Virus record (IMG/VR): IMGVR_UViG_2706796753_000001
Coordinates: 1-64,000 of that record
Length of the DNA: 64,000 nt
Direction: 5' to 3' (one strand)
From: a virus
Lineage: Duplodnaviria > Caudoviricetes
The notes under the pieces are model-generated. The model ran no database searches, had not been told where the DNA came from, and saw only the letters and a program-made list of their open reading frames with translations. Positions 57,301-64,000 of the stretch are shown here, one piece after another. Every line of letters starts with the position of its first letter. The stretch's first letter is position 1. Position numbers and translations under genes: made by a program.

Positions 57301-59973
57301 ACGAAGAGCCCTAACTATAAGAAGCTAGGAGACGCGTACACAGCTCTTGTAACATACTTGAGTGGTTTTACACCTAAAGCGTGGGATACGACGTCTGGAG
57401 CGATTGTAGCTATCCCAGACAGGGCGGTATGGAATAAGATGTGGAACGATTACAATAACTTCTACGCATTATTCGAAATCGAAGTACAGGATAGACAAAA
57501 AGAGTTTACAGAGCAAGAGACATTAAAGATGCAGAAGGAAACGATTGGAGCAATTAGTCAAGTAGGAAACTACGATACTGCAACTCTTGTAAACCCTACT
57601 ACAACTGTCACACCGCCTATCGCTACATTAGGTTTACCAGAGTTTAATGGTCGAACAGCAGATGCGCGTACAATCGGTGGTATCAATATCCTTAAAGGTA
57701 CAAAGGTTTCCCAGACAGTAGTAGGCGAGAACAGGTCAAACCAGACAAAGAACATCTACGATTTCGCTGATGGTAACTCTGCTAGTATGATAGGGAAGGT
57801 ACATACGGTAATGTTCTCATGGGAGATAACTCCTGATGCAAATGGGGAGATTGCAGGTACGATGTATATGCAAGGTAGTAACCCATACCCAGCCATCGCA
57901 TCCACAACGACGTTCTCTACAAATAACTCTAGTGGTGTCTACACAGATTTATGTACAGTCCCAGCAGGTACAGCATCATTCATATCAGTTAACATGAGAT
58001 GCGATAACATGAAAGGTACACTAAAGATTAGCAATATGAAAATAGCTGCTGGAGATATTAGACGTACCATCCAGTATTCACCTTCCACAAACGAAGGATA
58101 CTTCGATATCGGCAACCGTGTAAGACCTATCACAAATCCTACGTTCTACAATGGTACACAGCTTACTATCTTTGGTAAGTTTCATGGGATGTACGGTTAT
58201 GTTGATAGATTCTACTGGAACGAGAACGGTGTAGCTACAAAAGAGAAGTACTGGGAGGACTTCTACTTAGATACGCAGCAGAGCTGGTCACTATTAGAGA
58301 ACCGCGATGCAGCAGACTACAGACTATTCAGAGCATCGTCGTTCCTATGGTATACACCACATGCAGATGGTACATCTCAGATGATAGACTCTTCTGGTTT
58401 TTATATAGCTTCCAAGGCGACAATCGACAATCAAAACCAGTTCTATTTTGATGCTGCAAAGAACAACCTTACAATCAGTGTAGGAAACAATGCAACTGGT
58501 TTCGACAAACTATACAAAACCCCTACTGCTGATGAGATTAAGGCTTTCTTCTTAGGATGGAAGTTATGTGATGGTACTTCTGTAAATAGTCCATACAAAG
58601 GCTCAGGAGTTAAGGTATGGTTTCCTATAGGTGACACAAACCTAGACAGGAAGTTCCAATCAAACGATGGTAAGCCTCCGAAAGAAGTATCTCCATCGTT
58701 CCAAGAAAGACTGGTATGCCAACCGTACCAATTCGTAGGGTTACTAGCTACTCCAGTCGCGCTTGAAGTAGAGTTTGAGGGTATCTTGGAATTACTACCA
58801 AAAGCTAATGCGGTATCAGTAGCCTATCCGAGCTGGACACCAGAGATTTCGACAGGTAAGTACAAGTACGGTATAAACCTAGCAACAGTCAACCAAGATA
58901 CACGATACCTTGTACCTGCTATGCAAAAACGAATCTCTAATGCAGAGCAGAAGATTACAGACAAAGCTATTACTAGTACTGTAATCAACTCTATCGAGTA
59001 TCAGTTAGGTCTTAAAGAAAAAGCCAATGCATCGGATTTATCTGGACTAGCTTCTAAGAATGAGCTTGACAAATTATCTCATGATGTAGACGACAGAATC
59101 CAGAAAAACATAGACAAATTAGACTTCACCCCATATGTAACAAAATCTGATTTAGAGCAAACATCTCTATCATGGGCGGCTAAATTCCTAGCTACTGGTG
59201 GTATGAATATAGCCAATAACTCTATCGGGTTTGCTGGTATGGACTTTTGGTTTGTAGACATGCCTAACACCTACAATACTCCTACAGTTATCGCAACAGC
59301 GCTATTAGATAGTTTAGGGTTCGGTAAAGGATTCCAGTTCAAAGCAGATAACACGAAACCTAAGTCCATGAGTCAGGACTTATCGACTATACCTAACCAA
59401 CCTTACACGATTAGTTGGTACTTAGATAAGTTTACAGGAGGGGCAAGTCTAGTAGACCATCGATTCAACATCGAAATACTAGAGCAGAACGATGCAGGAG
59501 CGTGGTTTATTGTTACGCAGTTAAATAATAACAATGCCGAAGTAACCGATGGTTTCAAAGCTTCTTACATGACATTCACTCCGACGAAGGGTAAGGTTAG
59601 ACTTCGTATAACGGCTGGTAAGTCATGTGAGGCAATTATCTCTGGTATAATGGTTAATATAGGGGACGTACCGATTCCTTGGACTTTATCAACTGGAGAA
59701 TTGTACAACACGAACATCCAATTAAACATCAACGGTATCCGTGTTTCTCAGTTAGATGCGAACAAGAACGAAATTGGTTACACGATGATTTCGCCGACAG
59801 AGTTCGCAGGTTACTATTCTAATAACGGTCAATACGAGAAAGTCTTCTGGTTAAACGGGGACGAGACGGTTACTAAGAAACTTCGTGCAACACAGGAGAT
59901 AAACTTAGGTAACGTTAAAGTTCTAGACGTTAACGGAGTAAATACAGGGTGGGCGTTCATTTCAAACTACTAA
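54379..59973 (+). CDS. Large baseplate spike/central tail fibre protein
   Basis: OB-fold-like N-terminus (AKVVKVNYKYNTVDV...VLIGFLEG), coiled coils and CBM-like domains (RNLFLNS, INILKGT, NIANNS). Confidence 0.8.
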   Translation: MSEFETPLNPLRIQAQLGKDVKRLYKEGSNIVTLSFAKVVKVNYKYNTVDVITTRHKNSTTKNPNDNGKFSAKLPIAFGGRTANGNVYGANTLVTVGSTVLIGFLEGQVDNPIVINIYGENDNQSMLTRTTMTSGDDSEEIVQRELWQLFNLYPSMTYENIDGRGNREVTFSGKTFLYITDTDQENAYVQDGAFDYMDLPSSRYANGELIEPESPKAPTLLYVHQGIYDDHRFTVFIKSDGTFRVGSRHTKGNRHGITYQQMNPDGSFSIVKKNDTTDPEEESYDQSSMEILPNGNVLLQNPQHKFEITEEGVLVDGKEIGSGGGNGGGDYDEAIKEINDALSRISITVKAVEGGLETKVEKDTYEIDLDEVKGAQERLLAEIKTNIADLKNALEDLRTFIGSGFPDGQVTDARKVELNKKLQNIDVLKSVVDGKYDEVMADPFIGDTSKIPLQNAKNKIDGYHQALHNVIDASITDGVLTAQEKSDINKAITNYVTALADIEIVFASSIQESIKARLKEAVDNPVNYTSKEMLRQSSVLTQLFNSLTLKVSSEQLTSQVQNLESKMATKEEQKEIKNELEKVNEKVDGTLSNLPYRVEVSSTNGTIFVNDYIDTRIYAKIYKGAEDVTAQAALKDIIWTRVSDDTAADAAWNSSHVNIGDSFQASVNDVKDRATFFCAYKTPAVATGSITVANLRDITVSDKEPANPRNGTMWFDTKEGKLKIFLNNKWEVSSKDLDFNIRNLFLNSRDCTGGGWTLQNATRTNNQYQGTYIIETAINWGSADYACQNLFTRGVVKKGDKVTYCVLARLTGATGVSKDLRFYCENAAVNGSIIGQVTTEWKQFYVTIDIVDAMNTAGSKMRVEVADLEAANLKLQTTSPILVQGEVAVNWIPAPEDTQRDIDDLNTNVNSLGDDSKLTRFERSLVRTSLADITGVYYNPTDTPATIAQIDTAGYGKGKLYALRQQARNLGLDTTKSPNYKKLGDAYTALVTYLSGFTPKAWDTTSGAIVAIPDRAVWNKMWNDYNNFYALFEIEVQDRQKEFTEQETLKMQKETIGAISQVGNYDTATLVNPTTTVTPPIATLGLPEFNGRTADARTIGGINILKGTKVSQTVVGENRSNQTKNIYDFADGNSASMIGKVHTVMFSWEITPDANGEIAGTMYMQGSNPYPAIASTTTFSTNNSSGVYTDLCTVPAGTASFISVNMRCDNMKGTLKISNMKIAAGDIRRTIQYSPSTNEGYFDIGNRVRPITNPTFYNGTQLTIFGKFHGMYGYVDRFYWNENGVATKEKYWEDFYLDTQQSWSLLENRDAADYRLFRASSFLWYTPHADGTSQMIDSSGFYIASKATIDNQNQFYFDAAKNNLTISVGNNATGFDKLYKTPTADEIKAFFLGWKLCDGTSVNSPYKGSGVKVWFPIGDTNLDRKFQSNDGKPPKEVSPSFQERLVCQPYQFVGLLATPVALEVEFEGILELLPKANAVSVAYPSWTPEISTGKYKYGINLATVNQDTRYLVPAMQKRISNAEQKITDKAITSTVINSIEYQLGLKEKANASDLSGLASKNELDKLSHDVDDRIQKNIDKLDFTPYVTKSDLEQTSLSWAAKFLATGGMNIANNSIGFAGMDFWFVDMPNTYNTPTVIATALLDSLGFGKGFQFKADNTKPKSMSQDLSTIPNQPYTISWYLDKFTGGASLVDHRFNIEILEQNDAGAWFIVTQLNNNNAEVTDGFKASYMTFTPTKGKVRLRITAGKSCEAIISGIMVNIGDVPIPWTLSTGELYNTNIQLNINGIRVSQLDANKNEIGYTMISPTEFAGYYSNNGQYEKVFWLNGDETVTKKLRATQEINLGNVKVLDVNGVNTGWAFISNY

Positions 59974-59985
59974 GGAGGTCATTCA

Positions 59986-62595
59986 ATGGCAAACGGTTCA
60001 TTCACAGTCCCTACTACTAACCAATACGTAGTAGGGTGGTGTTACTGGGAGAGTTACCCCAATTACGAGGGTAACTACAGCCTAGTACAGGTTTCACTAT
60101 TTTTCTCAAGAACAAACTCTGGATACGAAACAAAAGGTAGCGGAACATTTAGTGTCCAAACAAATCTAGGGCAATCAATAGTAAGAAGCACATCGTTCAG
60201 TATTACCCAAAACTCAAATACACAGGTATTAACAGGTTCATTCACTGTAGCACATAATGCTGATGGACGATTATCATTCCGTATGAGTGCTGGAGCTAGT
60301 ACAAACGTGTTCTCTAACTTAGCAAATGGGATGGATTGTACGATGGATGCAATCCCTAGAGCAAGTACACTATCCTCTAATATCGATTGGACGTTAGGGT
60401 TGACAGACCTTCCTATTACGATAAATAGGTCTTCTTCTAACTTTGAGCATATTATTCGTATTGGTATGACAAAACCAAATGGAGAGAAAGTTTTCTTAGC
60501 GTGGCGAAGCGGAATCGGAGATAGTACAAACGTCCAGTTTACTATGGAAGAGTTAACACAATTCTATATTGGTATGGGGCAATTCGAAGAACGACCCGCT
60601 CACGTTATCGTACAAACATGGAACAATGGTAACATAATCGGAGAGACAGAAAAGACAGGGGTTGTACGAGGAATCACTCCAGCTACCATGATATGTCCTG
60701 ACTTCGATATTGGAGCTACAAGCGTAGATACTACAACAGATTACTGGTACTCTAATTTTCAATATGACTTGACATTTACTTTTGGTAACTTCTCTAAATT
60801 TTTTGGGGACATAAAGAAATTCCCGAAAATGACTTTTACGCAAGATGACATCAATAAGATGTATAACCAAATTCCTAATGATAATTCTGGTAAAGCTACC
60901 TTAAAGGTTGTAACAAAGTATAACGGAGTTCTCGTCAATGATGGCATACCTAAACCAGACACAACAACCATTACTGTTTATGCACGTAATAGCGCACCGA
61001 CTTACAACGGTGGGATGACGTATGCAGACATCAATACAGTAACTACCAATCTAACAAAGAATAACCAGTACATCGTACAGAACAACTCTAAGATTAGGGT
61101 TACATTACCTGTAGCAAACAAAGCACAAGCTAATAACGGGGCTACTATGAAGAGTTATGATATCACTATTAATGGTGTTACGAAGTCTGTAAATTATTCT
61201 GATACAGCAACTTTAACTGTTGATTTCGACCCAATAAATGTAAGTTCGAATACAGTGCTGCGCGTTGAGGCAGTAGATAGTAGGGGAAACAGAACTGCGG
61301 CAACTTCTGCTATATTAGTAGTAGCATATCAGCCACCTAAGGTATTCGGTGAAGCGAAAAGGAAAAATAATTTCGAAGAAGACACAGAGCTATACATGTA
61401 CGGTTCTTATTCTCCTTTGATTATAGATTCTTTAGAGAGGAACGCGCTTAAAACACCTGTGTATCGTTATAAACTGCTAACTAGTCCGAGTTACGGAGAC
61501 CCAGTTACCATGACGGTTTCAAGAGAAGGTACAAACCAGTTCAAATCTAATAAACCTTTTCAGAAACTTGGGAATACTCAGTCATGGCAGGTAGAGTTCT
61601 CTATTACAGACCAGCTAAACAATACAGATAAGACTACCGTATATGTTCCTGTTGGTACGCCTCTCTTATTCTTAGATACTAAGATGAAAACTGTCGGTAT
61701 TGGTAGATTACCAAAGTATAGTGACTATACCCTTGAAGTTGGCGGAAGAACTTTAATAAACGGTACACTTCATACAAGTGCTGTCAACTTCCCACGAACA
61801 GCTACAGGAGATGACCCTAACGGTCAATGGGATACATTTTATATGTTAGACAGTAAGCAGTACTTCAACAACCAACCAGTACTAGAACACATATTAGCTA
61901 CCCCGAACTTGAGGTTGGGTGGTAACTTCTACGCCAGAAATACGGGAGGCGTTTATCTAGATTACTACGGTAATATCATCGGTCAACCGACAGCAAATAG
62001 CGGTAACTCATTTAGTATTATCGATGCCGACAACAAAGTGCGGTTCACCGCAGGTATCGGTAAAGGTAATACACTATCTACCGAAGTATCTAGTTATGGC
62101 GGTTTCTTAAACCTAAAACATGATAACTTTACTGTAGCTTCGTTCCGACAAAATAACAACGGCGGGAACTGCTTCATGCATTTAGGTAGAGGTATTGTAG
62201 CGTATGAGGGTGGCGGTGATGGTGGTAGAGGTTCTGTCGCATTCGCCAACAGTGCTTTTGACGCGTTGCTTATGATTCGTGCTAAGGGTGTTGATACGGG
62301 TTCTTCTCTTAAATTTAAAAAGAATGTTAAGCCGTTCCTCGATGATGTGCTGAGTATCATAAAGTCTACTAGCGCTTATAGCTACCATTACAAAGATGAA
62401 AGGGATGATTCAAAAAGAAGTCTAGGTCTTGTTACAGAGTATTCTCCTAGCATCATCAAAGGTAAAGATGGTGACACTATATCTCAATATTCTATGTCCA
62501 CATACATGTGGCGCGGAATACAGCAACTAATTGCTAGAATAGAAAAAATAGAAACTAAACTAGAAGAGAAGGAGCAAGAAAATGAGCGAAAATAA
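59986..62595 (+). CDS. Tail fibre/receptor-binding protein, DUF859/Gp37-like N-terminus and S74 chaperone C-terminus
   Basis: VAHNADG...AIPRAS N-terminal motif; SSLKFKKNV...YHYK...LGLV...GIQQL chaperone motif. Confidence 0.8.
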   Translation: MANGSFTVPTTNQYVVGWCYWESYPNYEGNYSLVQVSLFFSRTNSGYETKGSGTFSVQTNLGQSIVRSTSFSITQNSNTQVLTGSFTVAHNADGRLSFRMSAGASTNVFSNLANGMDCTMDAIPRASTLSSNIDWTLGLTDLPITINRSSSNFEHIIRIGMTKPNGEKVFLAWRSGIGDSTNVQFTMEELTQFYIGMGQFEERPAHVIVQTWNNGNIIGETEKTGVVRGITPATMICPDFDIGATSVDTTTDYWYSNFQYDLTFTFGNFSKFFGDIKKFPKMTFTQDDINKMYNQIPNDNSGKATLKVVTKYNGVLVNDGIPKPDTTTITVYARNSAPTYNGGMTYADINTVTTNLTKNNQYIVQNNSKIRVTLPVANKAQANNGATMKSYDITINGVTKSVNYSDTATLTVDFDPINVSSNTVLRVEAVDSRGNRTAATSAILVVAYQPPKVFGEAKRKNNFEEDTELYMYGSYSPLIIDSLERNALKTPVYRYKLLTSPSYGDPVTMTVSREGTNQFKSNKPFQKLGNTQSWQVEFSITDQLNNTDKTTVYVPVGTPLLFLDTKMKTVGIGRLPKYSDYTLEVGGRTLINGTLHTSAVNFPRTATGDDPNGQWDTFYMLDSKQYFNNQPVLEHILATPNLRLGGNFYARNTGGVYLDYYGNIIGQPTANSGNSFSIIDADNKVRFTAGIGKGNTLSTEVSSYGGFLNLKHDNFTVASFRQNNNGGNCFMHLGRGIVAYEGGGDGGRGSVAFANSAFDALLMIRAKGVDTGSSLKFKKNVKPFLDDVLSIIKSTSAYSYHYKDERDDSKRSLGLVTEYSPSIIKGKDGDTISQYSMSTYMWRGIQQLIARIEKIETKLEEKEQENERK

Positions 62596-63001
62596 CTTAA
62601 TTAACCCAGAAAGCAGTCCAATAATTATTGAATCACCAGAGTATCCAAAATACTTTAAGGAAATCACATGGATTTATAACAAAAGGTACTCTGATACATA
62701 CGCAGTACTACAAGATGTTCATGACTACGTATACTGGAACGGTGCAGGTCAAGAGATTACATCTAAACGAATCTACTTTGCTGATGCAGGTTTCCACCAA
62801 GGCGGAGATAAGGACGGTCAACCTTATGTAGATAACAAGACTTTCTCTGACTTTGCTAAGACAACTTGTGATGCACTAGTATTTGATACAATTAAGCGAA
62901 AGCTAGGTAAAGTTAAATTAATAGCTATGCGATTCTTCGTAGCAACATACCCATTAACAGTAGATGACGTATTTCCAAAAGAGACGGAGGAAACTAAATG
63001 A
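62582..63001 (+). CDS. Hypothetical tail-region protein
   Basis: SD AAGGAG, coupled to neighbours. Confidence 0.7.
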   Translation: MSENNLINPESSPIIIESPEYPKYFKEITWIYNKRYSDTYAVLQDVHDYVYWNGAGQEITSKRIYFADAGFHQGGDKDGQPYVDNKTFSDFAKTTCDALVFDTIKRKLGKVKLIAMRFFVATYPLTVDDVFPKETEETK

Positions 63002-63495
63002 TTTTAGACAACATGAAGCCCTATGAGCACGAGTTAGTAACTAAAGGATTCGACGGTATGAGTGTAATCAACCAAAACGAGTTGATTGCTAAATTAGCGA
63101 ATAACTTCGGCGTTTCTTATTTCAACGTAGAGCATAGTATGATTCTAGATGTTCATAAAACGTTAAAACTTAGACTTCTTGAGGAAGACTACAATATGAC
63201 TATCGATGGCGGTTACTTAGATATGAACAACGGACATTTATATGACATGAGTACAAGCAGCCAAGCGGACTTTAACAGTGTTCGTATTTTACTGGAAAGC
63301 AAGCCACAAGAGCATATTAACTGGATGACGGAAGATTCTGGTGAGGTTTCACATACTTCCGCAGAATGGTTAGCTGTGTTTGAAGGTCTTACTCTTTGCA
63401 AACAAGAACTTAAACATAAGTATATTAGTCTATGTAAAAAGACTACAGATGCAACATCACATCAAGAGATTCTAGACATTAAGTGGGACGCGTAA
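62998..63495 (+). CDS. DUF4376-like tail fibre assembly-associated protein
   Basis: YDM...SQ...WMTED...EILDIKW pattern. Confidence 0.65.
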   Translation: MILDNMKPYEHELVTKGFDGMSVINQNELIAKLANNFGVSYFNVEHSMILDVHKTLKLRLLEEDYNMTIDGGYLDMNNGHLYDMSTSSQADFNSVRILLESKPQEHINWMTEDSGEVSHTSAEWLAVFEGLTLCKQELKHKYISLCKKTTDATSHQEILDIKWDA

Positions 63496-63551
63496 TCAAT
63501 CGCATCCCGCTTCATGGTATAATTAAGGTATAACCAATTAGGAGGAATTAT

Positions 63552-63758
63552 ATGAATTTACCAGAACAACAAGGACAACCTATTGACCCGAATTTTTTAC
63601 TTGAAGAGCAAGGAGAATTAATCAATAGGTTAACACATGAGAATCTATCACTACGAGCTTACATTAAACAGGTTCTTGCAGATAACCAATTGATGATGGA
63701 AAAGTTGAACGAAGCAGTAAAACAACTTGAGCCAGAGGATGAACCAGAAGAATCCTAA
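63552..63758 (+). CDS. Small coiled-coil protein
   Basis: SD AGGAGG. Confidence 0.7.
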   Translation: MNLPEQQGQPIDPNFLLEEQGELINRLTHENLSLRAYIKQVLADNQLMMEKLNEAVKQLEPEDEPEES

Positions 63759-63771
63759 TAAATACTTCACT

Positions 63772-63798
63772 AAGGACAGGATAATTTCTGTCCTTTTT
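63772..63798 (+). terminator. Intrinsic terminator
   Basis: AAGGACAG-loop-CTGTCCTT followed by T-tract. Confidence 0.85.
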
Positions 63799-63843
63799 TG
63801 TTCTATGTACTATATTAAAAATAGAAAGATAGGAGGTAACTAA

Positions 63844-64000
63844 ATGACAATTTCAGATGGACGTACTAGACTACAACGTATTGCCTTCTCTGTAGGTGGT
63901 AGAACGTTCCGATTCGCACTAAACCCAGAATCCATGAACCACGTAGCACCTCATAGAACAACCGCTTTAAAGACTAAGAGTCGTATCATCATTGAGGATT
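63844..64000 (+). CDS. Baseplate protein, truncated by the window end
   Basis: SD AGGAGG; MTISDGR...FRFALNPESM. Confidence 0.7.
   Translation, partial: MTISDGRTRLQRIAFSVGGRTFRFALNPESMNHVAPHRTTALKTKSRIIIED

Overview
This window is about 64 kb of a large lytic Bacillus cereus-group myophage (Herelleviridae, Bastillevirinae-like). The 364-aa GH25 endolysin matches my recollection of PlyBa of phage Bastille, which I have not checked. Layout: (i) 1-1.1 kb is non-coding and packed with 15-bp palindromes close to the Firmicute CodY box, followed by two + strand early genes; (ii) 2.5-30 kb is a minus-strand arm of small accessory genes with RtcB, DHFR, dNMP kinase, ThyA, a bL33-like protein, a PcfJ-like protein, endolysin and terminase; (iii) 30-34.3 kb holds an XRE regulator, an AT-rich origin-like region, 8 tRNAs, a tRNA-like gene and several structured RNA candidates; (iv) 34.4-64 kb is the + strand virion module (portal, protease, capsid, neck, sheath, tube, chaperones, tape measure, hub/lysin, fibres). 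The best candidates for new biology are a dense, 9-bp-phased array of CodY-like boxes (a host-regulator sponge or nutrient sensor), and a 73-aa gene beside terL that copies the TerL Q-motif/Walker A at protein level (possible decoy for terminase-sensing defences). Other candidates are anti-Shine-Dalgarno small RNAs and a structured RNA behind the capsid gene. Five single-base frameshifts, including one in the major capsid gene, are most likely sequence errors. All calls come from reading the sequence; no searches were run.
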